A stretch of 64,000 bases of DNA from Phoronis australis (lineage: Eukaryota > Animalia > Phoronida). Below the pieces are notes generated by a model. It ran no database searches. It was not told the DNA's origin and saw only the letters and a program-made list of their open reading frames with translations. How positions within the stretch are numbered: position 1 is the first letter of the stretch; each line of letters begins with the position of its first letter. Below, piece after piece: positions 49,643-63,494 of the stretch. The stretch covers positions 426,685-490,684 of the forward strand of contig NMRA01000288.1 of NCBI GenBank assembly GCA_002633005.1. The letters are read 5' to 3'. A program made the translations under genes and the position numbers.

Positions 49643-50361
49643 AATGACGTATTTTTGTTGTAACAAGATAAACCCTTGATTTGAGCAAGCCTCGCATTCC
49701 ACGAAACAAGCGTTTGTGATATGCCTCCGTAAAAAAAAACTGAACGTTTTACACTGACAGCCTATTTTGAATGGTACCAAAGTTGCGTAATTTTAGTTCC
49801 TACATGTTAAAAGCATCATTCTGACCATACTAACGTCGTAAATTGTCAAGTGGAATAAACGTCTAGGTTTCGTCAACGTCACCGCGAGAATCCTCAGCAC
49901 GCACAGAAATAGAATGTTCTTATATTCAGTATACGTGCCTCGGCAGGTACATACTTCTACCGTGAGTACCGGTATAATCAGCGAATATTTAAAACATCTG
50001 CAGTCGGCCATTCTGCGCAAATTTCTTGACGTGAAGCAGTATGGCGCGAAAGGACGGATGAAAAGGCGAGCGAAAAGGCAAAAAGGCTATTTCAAGCACT
50101 GCTCGGACTATTTGGATTATCCAATACATTTAATGAAGGCATTTAAGATATCTTATAAACGGAAAAATACGTGACAGCACATAGTTTACGCTGCAGAAAA
50201 AAAAAACGCAAACAAAATGAAATTGATCGAAGAGCTCCCTTTAGGGTTCACCAGAGCACACGATTCTTTTTGACAGCGTGCAGGCAGAGCAGGAGTCCGT
50301 TTAAACAGGTAACTGTGGGCATGAAATGACACTGACGGGAATTATTTACTTAATGACTCAC

Positions 50362-50509
50362 GTTAAAGGCGTATTGTCACTTCGTGTCCAATCGATCTTC
50401 CGGTCCCCCGAGCTCGCTGTACTGCCACATTTCAACGTGATATCATCGCCCCAATTCTCCGCTTTAATGGCAACAACATGCGGAGATCGACTTGTCCAGC
50501 GCAATGCAT
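50362..50509 (-). CDS. Ig-like domain, first half exon (not in the ORF track)
   Basis: tttcAG|...|GTgagt, 148 bp, phase 1-2; ALRWTSRSPHVVAIKAENWGDDITLKCGS...KIDWTRSDNTPL (GxxxxLxC and C-strand W); joins 48838-49004 in frame. Confidence 0.8.
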
Positions 50510-51538
50510 CTGAAAAATGTTTAAAGGACTCGAATTCATGTCACGACATTGGAAGTAAAACGACCCCAAGAGGTGGATTTCCACCATATATTTAAAAGGT
50601 ATTTCTTACGAGTTTTCGCGTTCCATTTCTCTTTAAGACCAAACATTTGTCTAAGTTAAGACTGAAAATCGAGCTAAGTCAAGCCAAAAGACAAAAATTA
50701 AGAGAAGAACGTTTCATGAACACTAGGTCCGTTTTTTAGGTTTTCGGTCTTAACTTTAAACGAAATTTAGGTTTTGGCATAAATGAGCGTTCTAACTATA
50801 CTTTCGTCACCTGCTGCGAGGCGATGAGTAAATACGGCTTCAGAATGTCTCCACTTTTTGAAACTCTTAAGTGGAGATTTATTTACACAATTCTGGATTC
50901 TCGCTTTTGTGAGAAAACCCTGGTATGGCTCGAAAATATCATTTCACATGTGAGGCATGGGCGGCTCAGCACTGAAAAATGTGGGGGATAAAGTCCCCCC
51001 CCCACTCAGCCCCCTTCTGGTGCACCGCTTATAGACTGTAGGCGGCGCAGCACCGAAAAAAGCGGGGCTATAGCCCCCAGCCCTCTTTGGTGCGCCGCCC
51101 ATGTGCGGGGAAGTCGCAATACATTGTCTCCAGGAGTCTACGCAGCTTTGCCTGTTCTCGAACCGAAAGCTCACCATCTTCAAATGGACATTGTTTAGGG
51201 ACATTAGATTGTGAAAAATGTCAACGAAATTTGTTTCTAAACAGCTTACGGTGATAGTACTGGTAAATTTAGTTAATTTAAGCCAAGCGTCCAGTAGCAG
51301 GCTAACTTTCGGTCTTCGTAGACTTTGACCTATTTCGATCTTAATTTTGGTCTCAAAATTTCATGAAACGGGGCTAAGACATTGTGGTTTTTAAATTAGC
51401 CTAAGTTTAGTCTAAGTTAAACATCAAGAAACGGACCCACAACTATAAAACAACAAAAATCGTTGTGTGTTATTGTATTACAAATCGCGAACTCTCGTCG
51501 TTGCCTGCTTGACATAGTAGTACATACTTCAGTAGCAT

Positions 51539-51574
51539 CATAGACTATAGTACATGGGTTGTCTATAATCTATG
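51539..51574. mobile_element. 36-bp remnant of both ends of the P-like element (probable excision footprint)
   Basis: First 19 bp plus last 17 bp of 54550-57845, flanked by GTAGCAT / GTTGCAT. Confidence 0.75.
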
Positions 51575-52243
51575 GTTGCATCATGAATTCTGATACATGA
51601 TTCCGGAAAGCCCCTATCACAGGTGGCGGTTCACTTCAATTCTGTAATCCGTCATGAACCGTGTCCAATCAAGGGACAGCAAAAAGCATGAGAACATAGT
51701 TTGCAATTGCGATAGTAGCGCGGTGAATTTCGGTAGGCGGAGGAGACAGTAAGAAACACGCTGCGACTCTGGTATTTTCGTAGCCTTAAATGATCACTGG
51801 GCGGCTCTAGAACACTTCGGGTATATTCATGGTATCACATTTCACTGCGGAAGTGAATGTTGTCTGCGCATATGTGGAATTCAGTCATATGGCAAGTCAT
51901 GTGATTTTCAAACAGGAGAACAGATTGGTCGTATGTAAGTCCGCATATGCGCACTTCCAAGGGTAAACTTTAAACTACGAAAGGACACGAGGAGCTCCGG
52001 ATGCCCTCGGAGGTGTTTCAGATCTGCGCAAACGCGAAGTCCAATAGGAACAGAACACGAAATTTTTCAACATACGTTTAGACTATGGGTACCCGCTTTC
52101 CAGTTGTCCGAGTCAAAACACGGGCTGAATCTGCTTCCTGATCCACTGTTCACTAATTCATTCAGCATTGGACCATGCTGTAAATTAGCCTTTGGCTAAA
52201 GCATGATTTACATCTATTGTATTTTATCCTCTATGAATAAAGT

Positions 52244-52312
52244 TTATTATTATTATTATTATTATTATTATTGTTATTGTTATTATTGTTATTATCATTA
52301 TTGTTTATTATT
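52244..52312. repeat. (ATT)n microsatellite
   Basis: ttattattatt run. Confidence 0.9.
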
Positions 52313-53202
52313 GGTTGTCACAGGGCATTCTCCGTTTTGGTAGTTACTCTCCTGATTGAAGCTCGCACAGGCGCAGACACGAGACACCTGCGAAAGTTAA
52401 TTTGAGAAAATGTCAGTGAAAGCACCTGAAATGTCTTGGACGCTCTTGGTTTTATCATGGAAGCATTCGGAACATTTCAGATACTTTCGTGGCCTCGGCA
52501 AATTTCACCTAGGCAGTGTGTTGTGACGTATGCCTTGGTGTTCACTGCACATTCGCACCCCACATGTATTGGAGCCCGTGCGACAATTTGTGTCACGTGC
52601 GACAATGTATGTCACACAGGGTGAATATTATCTGCGCTTGCACGAACTTATGTCATACGGTCAATCATTCTCCAGTTCGAAAATCACGTGAATTGCCAGT
52701 GAATGAAGTGTGCACTGCGCAGTTATCTTTAACCTTCGTGCAGAACTTCGAAGTTACAAATATTCCCGCGGTGTTCTGATGGTAACGGAAATCCCGATGT
52801 TAACACGACTTAATCTGAAGCTAACAACATTCACCAAGTCCCTGTGTGTGATCCTGTATCGTGGGTGTAGGACTACATATCTAAGAGGCATTTCATAAAT
52901 TGCCTGGCAGACGGCAGTTCGTGGCCCGCGACAGTCCGCAATACACCCCTGAGGAACGCGTTTGCTTAACATTACGTATGAACGAGTGCAAAGCACATGG
53001 TCACGTTCTAAAAAGAACGCGTTGATAATCCTTGAAGAATTGCCGAGACCGCCATAAAAACATGTTAGATTGTTAGATTTTTGTTGGTTGCTGGAGACTT
53101 CCCAAATCATGGCAGATGTGTGCTGGATTGTCTACGATGTTCACACGTTCATGAGAGGAGTATGGCAAATTCCCGAATTGTCTTGACCTGATACAAAACT
53201 AT

Positions 53203-53219
53203 ATGTGTGTGTGTGTGTG

Positions 53220-53250
<31 letters not shown>

Positions 53251-53305
53251 CGTGTGTGTGTATTTGTGTGTGTATGTGTGTGCGTGCGCGCGCATATACA
53301 TATAC
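53203..53305. repeat. (GT)n microsatellite
   Basis: gtgtgt run. Confidence 0.9.
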
Positions 53306-54549
53306 ATTCATATTTTAGCGTTGTCGCTAGCTGACAGACTACGAACAGCTGTCAACCGCCGCTGTGCTCCTGATTTGTTGTTTGCTTAAAAGTTCTACGG
53401 AGAATCCCTTTTCAGATGACTGAAAGTTTATTGTTGCGAAGTCATGTCATAGAATTCCAAAACGTCTTCATGGCATACAACAGTTTGATCCCAAAGACAC
53501 ATTAGTAAAATACTTTGATTTGATAATTATCAAGAAAGTATAAAAGCGGTTGATGGTGTTTGGTCAACTGCTACAGATGTCGAAAATTGAAGGAGCTATG
53601 TACATTTGCAACTCCACTTACTTTGCATGGAAACGATTTTCGAATTACCAGTTGCCCAAGCTGGAATGCGTACAATTAAGGTCATTGATGCCAACTTTTA
53701 TATTTTCTGAATGTAGAATTCAAAGTATAACCAAGAACATCATACAATACAGATATCAAATACTCACATGTGAACCGTTGAAAAAGTGCTTGTAAGCAAA
53801 AAAGAACCAGAAAACGTACAACAATGTGCTGACATTCGCATTTTGTAACTATTCTCGCTAACATATTTTAACAAAAGGGTATCTTTACTCCCGTCATTTT
53901 TGTGAAAACGTCAGCGTGCGTAGAGTATGCAGCAGTACAAGTCGTATAGGTTTTGAAATGTCTGAGTCGTATCTTATTTAGATTCGCGTGTAGTTCGCGT
54001 GCCACAAGCAGTCAAATTGACGCGATTTGATTATCAGTACAAACGCGGTCACAAAACGTAACGTCAACTTAAGGGCAAAGAACACAGATTTCGACGTAAT
54101 CACTAGTCTGGTTCATACAGAAGCAATTGTTTCTACTCTCAAGACACCTGAAGGTTGTCTGCATTTGCAACAAAACTTTCGAGCTAAACAAGGAATAGTC
54201 CGCAAATCAACCCTTAAATAAACGAAACGACCGAAGTCTTGATTTTTGACGACTGTTTTTGTTTTATTTCAATAAGCCTTGCTATTTTTTTCATACACCC
54301 GATTGTACTTAACAGGATATAGAGGTACAATTTTCAACTTTCGTAGACTACGAAGTTTGTCACGCAGGGCAACCGCGACTTACCTCGTACCGAACACGGA
54401 AAATCGTATTTTAAAAAAAATATTCACGCCAATTCAGACTGTAAATTGTCCACAATAGCGTGTGCGTTTGACAACACGTGCTTCTTTTACGATGCACATG
54501 TTGTCAAATGTTCAACGCTTGCAGCTTCTTACTTGGGTCTTCGTGCCAA

Positions 54550-57500
54550 CATAGACTATAGTACATGGACCGCCAACTCCGTATACTTTCAATGGACGAA
54601 ATCTGTGATCTTACGCATAAGCCCTTACGTCATTATTCACTGGCGACACTTGGCGAAATTTTCTGGTGCCATTTCCGGCAAGTACGTCGTCTGCTAATCA
54701 TGGTCGGCTGCTGTGTGGCCGGTTGTTCGGCCACACACGCAAGATGCAAATGGATTAGCTTCCATACCATCCGACCGGAAGACCCCATAATCGGCTGTGG
54801 GAAGAAAAGCTAACTTCTTGTGTCAACGTGAATGGCATTTTTTTCACCAATAAGACTTTGTACATTTGTTCAAGGCACTTCGAAAATGGATGTTTTTAAG
54901 AGGCTCTGGTACTGGTAGGCCTACTACTTAATCCTGTCTTCACAAATCCATTTTTCTTTTCTCCGTTTTGATGAAAACTATCTGGTAAAGTTTCGACGAA
55001 AATTGTCCGCTAAATTTCTTCCAAAGGTAGTGACTCGTGAACTCCGTGTCCTTACTAGGAACTTCAGCCATAGTCTAGCGAGCGAATTAACCAAATTACT
55101 CTTCGCTGGCCCTGATCAGGCGGTTGGTCTCAGCAGAATGCGCATATTTGACCAGGATTTGGAACAGCGATTTCAACAAATTCACACTGATTCGTGTACA
55201 AATAAATAGAACACTTCAGAAATAACCACCTGGACCAATCAAAATCTATCTCACAATTCAACATCAGGTTACATACTCATTTATTAATGTCGACTGTATG
55301 CCGCACAAAGCTTGAACCATCTTAGCCAAGTACGCTGCAGCCTATGAAAATACCGAAAACTAACCGGAGTTTCAACTTATTTGCAAACATGGAACAGGGA
55401 TATCAAAGGGGTATGAAGGTTGCTTTTATGCTTCAATGTTACATTTTTGTAAGCAGACAAATGTGTTTTTTAATCTGCCTTAATTCCTACTGTTTCAAAA
55501 GTATTTCCAACCTTTTAAATGAACATTTATGACAAAAACGTAATTCTTCAACCGGTTTTGTAAAGTCCTTCACCACCTCTACATAATATGAACCGATCCT
55601 ACTCCTAATGTAACAAAAAAGACCCGTGCGTAACGGATACTAAGTACGTTCCTTCTGAAATATTGGATCGGTTCTGCACATAACCTTTTATGAATTTACT
55701 GTAATTGGCTACAGACAGGCCCACCTTTATAAAAACTGGCAACGCAGACAAACTCATGCGCGCACCCAGGGGAAAAGTCCGAGAGAAAGAGACGAAAGTC
55801 CACCACAGTACCCCTTTTTTTGTTTTAGCTCTCACGCTTTTTTGTTAGCAAAAAGTCCACTTTGCCAGAGATTCGAGCCCCCCCCCCCGAAATTAGAGGC
55901 TGGGTGCGCGCATGAAACGTCTACACAAGTTGCAACCAATGCAGCTCCTGGTTTAAACGCGGGCTTCTTTCTTAAAGTTTGGTCAGGTATAAATAAAGCC
56001 ACAGACATTGAAGTTCACTGAAACACGTCTACCTTACAAATGTGACAATCCCTATCCTCGGAAAACTTGAGAACCCGACAAAAACACTAATGATGAAATG
56101 TCGGTGATGATAATCATCCACTTTGTTAATTTAGTTCACCTACACAATTGGAAATAGCCGCTAAAATGAAACTCATTCGAGTAAGCACCACGTCATACGC
56201 ACACCAGGGGGGGCTCGAATGAGCCCCCCCCGTTTGGAAAAGTGTGCAAAAAGGTCCGCCCCTGAGACAAAATGTCCGAGGAACTGGGACAAAAGTCCAG
56301 TAAATAAGCGCAAACGCGCAATTCACAGTGGTGCTCCCGTTTTTTGTTTTTTTTTTTTAGTCGGCCCTTTCTTTTGTTAGCAAAAGGTCCATAACGTCAG
56401 GAATTCGAGCCGCCATTTTGAAGGCTGGGTGCGCACATGCACTACAGTCCCTCTGACAGCCCCAATATGGTAGAACTCGAGACGCTCAAGACGCGGTCAA
56501 ATCAGGATGAGCATAAATAAGGAAAATTACTGTATCAACAGATTATACAAATAAAAATAAGATACAAAGCATTGCTACAGTGCACACGCGCACAATAACT
56601 GGGTCTATCATTTTCCCGCCACAAGCGATTGAACCAATCAGATCACCAATGGCGCAAACCTTTCGAAAACAAGCCTGATTTTTAGGGAGTCTGTTAATTT
56701 ATTTGCTATGCATCTCAATGAGGCCAGTTCATATATATGTATTTAACACGATTAATACATTGTAAAAATAAAAGTCATGCACTATCAACATGAGACAAAA
56801 ACAGGACACCCCTTTATTAAAAATGGGTTAAACGTTAGAAACAAAAGACGAGAGCGTAGACAAGTTCCCATCACTTGCAACGTCGATTTTCTACATGGAT
56901 GTTGGAGAAGAACATGTCTGGTGACAGCAACACGGAATCGTACGAATTCGATGATTTTCGAAATTTGATTCGTTTTTGTTGTATGTCTTTTTTCCCTACG
57001 GTTCAGGATTACTTCTGAATCTATGAACAAGAACTGAAAGAGGCAGGGTTCGTGATAACGTTGGAGAACGGTAACATTTATATAAGGTGTTACAACTGTA
57101 ATCGATATTGTCATCTCCTCTGTTTTCATCCAACCTTCCCTGATGAAAACTTGAATGAAGAGGACCTTCAGTACTTGAGTGAGCACGGTATACTGTGTGA
57201 TTTATGTTGAATTATTCAACGGTTCTTTTAAGAACCATATCACGCTATACCTAAGGCTCATGCACAGTACAACCAACGGTCCTTTTAAGGGCCACTCAAC
57301 ACTTCCCAGAAGAACTGCTCGCTTGAGAATGTTGAATTATAAACATGCAAAGGTTCAACTAGTCAAGTCGTTGCAGAGGCGCGTTTTTTAATTTGAACAA
57401 AATTAATATTTTTCTAAACCACAAATGTTATATAGGCTAAGTATCTTTTGCATTCACAGGTACTCCTAAGTTGGAATTTGTGCACAAACATGCTTTCGTA

Positions 57501-57845
57501 GTTTTCTCAGTAGGCCCATGTGAACCATAAATCACAAACTATCCGATAACTATGCTGCTTTTGGGCAAGCAGACGACATAATCAGTCGGCACCGAAGTTT
57601 GAATTTTGTAATTAATTACCAGTAGCATTGCCAAAAGTACTCACAATACCAACACTTGTACTATTGAAAGACTTTGAAAAGCGTTTCAATGCCGAAATTA
57701 ATATTTCGTTGTTTTGGACAGTAAAGTAGATGCAAGTATTTCTCGTCAAAATTCAATAACCGGAAACTGTACCAGAAAGGTCAGGAGAGTTCAGCTATCA
57801 CGTAAGAAAATGCCGGAGTTGCGAATCTGTTGTCTATAATCTATG
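54550..57845 (+). mobile_element. P-superfamily-like non-autonomous DNA transposon with THAP remnant
   Basis: Termini CATAGACTATAG / CTATAATCTATG; exact 7-bp TSD GTGCCAA (54543-54549, 57846-57852); THAP remnant at 54700-54899 MVGCCVAGC...SFH.../W...LYICSRHFENGCF. Confidence 0.78.
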
Positions 57846-60800
57846 GTGCCAAAAAGGGGCAGTGCAGCTAATTTTCTGATTACATTCTGACGACAGTTTC
57901 TAGTGCCTAAGCATTTTCACACGCTGTGTCAACTGTCTTCCTTGCGATATTTGCAAAACCTCTAGTAAGTGGGAGGGAAATTCCTACCACGTGTCAAAAG
58001 GCGAAAGTACGACATTTTCCATTTCACAGCAAAATGGAAGGAAATGAAACACTCAAACTGGCTGTAAGTTTATTTATGTGTAGAGAAATTACCAGAAAGA
58101 CTATAAATTTTTAAGTTTGATGTTAAAACATCAAACCAGGGGCCATGTTCTATTCTTTCTTTTCTCAATAATTTCTGCATTTTCCTTTCTACCTTAATTT
58201 TACTAGTCTGTGCAAGAGCACATAATGGTTTTTGCCTACGTGTTTCTAGTATGCACTTGGTGGCCCCTCTATTTGAGCTAAAAACTCCATATTTCGATTA
58301 TAATCTCTAAATTTCGCGTTCAGACTCGAGCTTTTATTTTTAATGATGGGGTCATCACAAACATACTAGGATTAGAAAGTTGTTCACTTAATCCATAATG
58401 TACTAAAGCATAGAATTATAGTCACTTATCTTTAATTCGCACAAAAGTAGAATAGAAAATGGCAAAAATAATTTTGAGTTTGATTTCGAGTAAAAAGGAT
58501 TATACCCCAGACTCTGAACGCTTGCCGAAATGAAGGTGTTGCCAAATTTTTCAAAAAATATATATTCTACACAATTTTTTACCTTGCACCCTTTTACCTG
58601 TTACACATAATACTGTGTTCTATTTCATACCTTTTTTAGAAACGGATACCGATGTTCAGAGTTGTGAAATTTTCAAAGTAATGTCGTTTTTAGACTTGTC
58701 GCAAGAGAGGTTCAAATCTTGCACCTTAACTAGATTTTAATACTGCATGACGTAACAGGTTCAAAACACGCACAGCAGAAAGGTTTTGCTAAATGTATGA
58801 CGTTAACATGCAAGAAGGATTGTATCCATTATTAAAATTACTATTGTTTAAAATGACAACAGTTTTGTTTTATTGAACTGTCCATACAATACATATATAA
58901 GTAAAATAAAAATCAGTTTTTAACAAGTTCATACAATATTTGAATTTGAAAATTTATTTGGGTTAACTTTCAAACAATTTTACAGTATTCTCTAAGTAAA
59001 ACTGAAAAAATTGTCATTTGAAATATGTATTTTACATCTCCAAATCAAATGTAACGGGTCCAAATACAAAAAATCGCTTTGAATTGATGAAGCATGCAAC
59101 AGATGCTGTAAACAACATGTCTATTGTCCAACTTTGAAACGTATGGTTCTCTGTATATTTACTACAAAATTTTCAAGTAGTGATTCTTTAGTAAAAAATA
59201 ATCAGCGCTGTTCACAATGTAATGACAATCAGCGCTCGATTTGGCCACCTGCAGGTCGCCAATGCGACCTCATTGGGCTTGGCGACCCCTGAAAAATCTT
59301 CAGTCGCCTCAAAGTCGTCACTGCGAGCATAAAATCATTCAATAGTTGCCCCTCAATTCGTTTAAAAGTTCGTGTTGACTGCCAAATTTTAAATTACTAA
59401 CAGTTGTACTAGATTCATTACATTTGATTCACAATTATTCCCTTTATTTCGTGATATCAGCGCATTTGCCACCACAGTAGTCAGCACGCATCAAACGCTT
59501 ATTTACAACAGGAAGTAAACAGACGTTACTTGAAATTATTCGGCAAAAATCGGTAAAATACGATCACAACCCGTGTATGCGATTGTCTGCGTTCTATGCT
59601 CGTTCGTTGGCGGGAGTTATTGAATTAGAGAATGAATGTACATCATGGTTTACGATGAGGAACTGCAAAGGTATGCGTAAGATACTAGCAATCATGAATG
59701 GGGGGCGATACAACCGTACGACTTTTTTAGTCGACGACTTCCACGCCGGATCGGCAATCTCAGTTTTCATTTGGAAACCTGAGATTTTGAATTTTGGCAA
59801 CCTCAGATTTCGTTTGGCGACCAGGGATTTTTGCCAGGTCGCCATGTGCGACTGAAGGCAGTGTCCGGAGCACTGAAAATGGTGAAAAACGTGCTCTTGG
59901 AAACGTGAAACAGAAAGTACCGGTTTTGGAATTGGTCAATTTCCCTAATAGGTGAACCAGTTTCCCAGAGATATGCAGTCCTACTGTGATATAGATATTC
60001 TAGTATTTCTAATAAACCACACGAGGGCGTCTGGAACTTCGCTAGATTTGTTTCGTTCTCTACAGTCTCTGATTGTACGGTTAACTTGCTCCTTAGCGCC
60101 CTCTAGTGAACAGAAAGAAAACTTGCCATTGACATGATGGCAACGCATCGGCAAAAATCCTTTTCGAAATTTCAATTAAGGATTGGAATGTTTCTTGTCG
60201 ACTGTCATCGAAAACGCTCACATACATTAGTCAGCGTCCAAAAAGCCTCATCAGGCGTTATTCAAGCCACTTTGAGGGAAAATGTCTCTTACCAATTTGA
60301 ACGTGATCCCATTCTCGTTTGCTTTGTTGAAACCATTATTTGTGTGCGTAAACCAACGAGTGGACGGAGAAGGAAACCACCAAGTTTTTTGCTTCTTAAA
60401 AACTATGTGATCAACGCGACACATTTTGGGTAGATTTCCGGTAGTCTATTTTAATTTGAAGTAAAACTCTGCTCTACAAAGAAACTGCGTGACAAGAAGG
60501 CGACACGTTGGTAAGAGTTATTGCTTCGGTTTTTTCAATCACAAAATAGGACTTTCGCAGTCATCGAAAGGGATCATATACACATTGTCAATGGTAAAAA
60601 TTATCAGGCTTCGGTCAATCCTCTTTTTGGTAAAAAAAGTATATTAATATGAATTTGAATGTGACTCGATGTTTTCTTGCTCAAGAAACTGTTGTGTCAT
60701 CGGCGGATTTAGGGGGGGGCTTGGCTGCTGCAAAAAATAATAATAAAACGGCAAGAGCGTGAGGAAATATTGAGTCGATTAAGTAACCCCGGTAATTAAC

Positions 60801-62577
60801 ATGCTGCTGAAACAAGATTTAACTATGTGTAGCTTTAGTTTGTGCGTGCGCGGAGTGTGAGGAGGAGGGAGGCTCAGGCCCGATTGCAAGTGTCCCATCC
60901 AGACCGTTGGCGCAATCGGGTTTCCCGTTTTTTTTTTTAGTCCTCCGTTTGTTTTTAGTGGAAGATCCACATCCTCAGGAATTTGAGCCCCCTATTTTTT
61001 GAGCTGGGTGCCCGCATGCAATCGTGCTTTGTTGCGCGATGGCTCGAGACAAAATGTTCGGCTCCCCTTATGATATCCTAGACCCGCCACTGTGTGTAGA
61101 ACGACTTGTCAAACGACCTAAACTTCTGCCAGCTAAATGCATTTACAATATGATAACCGATACGTGTTGAGTAGATTTGTACTATTCTGTTTTAACTTGA
61201 AATGGCTACTCGTTTTGGAAAATATTTTTTAGTTTATGTCGTGAACATGCCTTTAAACAAGGTTCCATCGTCACAACCGGTTTATCCACATTCTTTCAGA
61301 CCCAGCTTCTAGTGTGAGTTAGTGCTGCAGTATAATTAGATGATAAGTCCATGAATAGCTCAATGTTTGGGTTTTTGTTGCTTCGTGACAAACTTTGAAA
61401 ATTCAAAAACCCAAATAGCCTAATTTTTATTCTATTCCGATTTCATAGTTTCCATCGGTTTACATGTCCCAAAAATAAAATGGAATAGTACAGCCTGGAT
61501 GCTTTCAAGCCCTCTATTTGGAGATGATCTGATAAAAAACTTCAATTATTTTCTCACTATGTCAGTGGTGAATATAGTCACTTCCTTGATGACCAGCCCA
61601 CTAGTGAGAATGGAAAGTGAATAAAACCGGCTGGGGTCACCAGGTGACAAAATTCGACAGATTTTTATGTCATGAAATTGATCGCAAGGTGACGCCGTGG
61701 CAGCCATTATTCCATTTTTTCTTAACAAAGACACGCAGCGAAGCATTGGCTCTCCTGTTCATTATTCGTCATTTAGTTAATGTCGTAATTCTCAACCTGT
61801 TTTAATTGTATCTTTGTTACGTATATTTCATTGTTGTTTTATTACCTTATTGTATTATATCACTGTTTTTCTTGTTGAGGGCCCTCTTGGAAAGCAGTGC
61901 TATCACTGAAGAGGCCACCCTCATTTTAAATATCACAATAATACATAAATAAATGTCCTTTGACCGACTCTTCTGAAATTCCGTTTGTAGATTTTTCCCG
62001 TACGCGTTGAATCTGTCGAGGAAAATACGGCCATACAAAAAAGTTTTCCGTATTTACCTCCCGCACTACTTCAACAGTGACCTCTGACATGGAAAGTTCA
62101 AAAGGTAGGTCAATGTCGACTCGACGTCTTTAGCCGGTTCGATCACCAAACTTTCGGAAAAAGTAATTATAGCAGTGTAAATAACGCTCAACATACTATC
62201 AGCCCTCAATCGTAACATCTGGAACAAGACTGTTAATTATATGACAGTTTTGTCTCAGTTTTCATTTGCTAAATATTTTATCGTCTGCAACTCAGGCGCA
62301 GATTCCTCGGTAAGTACAATAACAAATGTTGCTATTTAACTATTTTCAGGAGATGTTGCAAGTTCAATGAAAAGTTACCCTTGTTTTCATCTTTGTTATC
62401 TCTTTTCAAGTAATCGTAACAATTAAAACTGTTTCTTTTACTAGAGAAAACTTGCAGCCATACGCACAAGTACATACATATAGAATGTAATCCCCTACGT
62501 GAACAGTCTGAGTGAAGTATTTAAAAACCTGCGGAAAACACGAAAGAAACTTAGGAACTCAAAGCGTATGGGATCAA

Positions 62578-62890
62578 TACAAAGCGTACCTCGATTGGCG
62601 TACATGAAGTAATATCCCACTCGACATTATTCCTCGTATCGACCGAGACCGAAGGTATAATGTTTCGTGGGATATTATTTCATGTACGCCACTCTCGGTA
62701 CGTTTTGTGTATATATCTAGGTCTATCGACATCCATTCGTTTTTCGCTGCGACATAAAGTTCTCGAGTAATTGGTATGTTCCAATACATACAGACATATA
62801 TACCTCGAGGATTTTTAGAGAATTATCACCCTCGGGGTTAACGCCCCTCGGGCGATAATTCTCCAAAATCCACTCGGGCTCTAGATAACG
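62578..62890. repeat. Two palindromic foldback repeats
   Basis: 62578-62708 is related to 1532-1660; 62803-62880 is a hairpin (gagaattatcaccctcgggg / cccctcgggcgataattctc). Confidence 0.6.
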
Positions 62891-63494
62891 GGGGATAAAG
62901 ACTTCGCCATGTAATAATCTATTTATACCACATACTAAACGAGAAACATTGCAACGAATCGATTTACCTTTTCTGACTCTCCACTGCTTTGTAACTACTT
63001 TCTATGTCAGAGGCCCGGGGTCGGAGGTCGTGACCTTTTAAGAAAAGCCGGGCTATTTTTGTCAAAAAATGATTTTACTCAAAACCAATTGAAAACTTAA
63101 ATATAATAGAAATAAATTGAATTGATAAATTAAGGTTTACCAACTATTATAGCTTAAAACACGATTTTTTCACGCTAAACTTCGACCATGAAATTATCGT
63201 CTGCTAAAGTAGGTTACCACTGGTAACTGAATACAATTCTCAAGTTAAAGATCCTGACGACACGATACCCGCATTCAAACTGTAGATCGGGGATTTATAC
63301 GTAAGAGGACATGAGAGAAAATTTTCACTGAATTAAGATATCATTTTTATGGAAATCATTTGTCTTATACTTCGTAACGTATAAGTACGGTACAATGCGG
63401 TTTGTTGAACGTGCGATTATTGCACGTGCTTATTTAAGTATTCTATTTTCACTCTTGATGACGTCAGCCGCTGCATGGTGTAGTGGGAAGGCGA

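Noticed and set aside
51175-51236. Small AG...GTGAGC exon candidate
   Set aside because: The only open reading ends in phase 0, incompatible with the phase-1 Ig exon downstream.
52754-53110. Cys-containing ORF with a good acceptor at 53007 as a possible upstream exon
   Set aside because: No convincing phase-1 donor and no recognisable domain; left uncalled.
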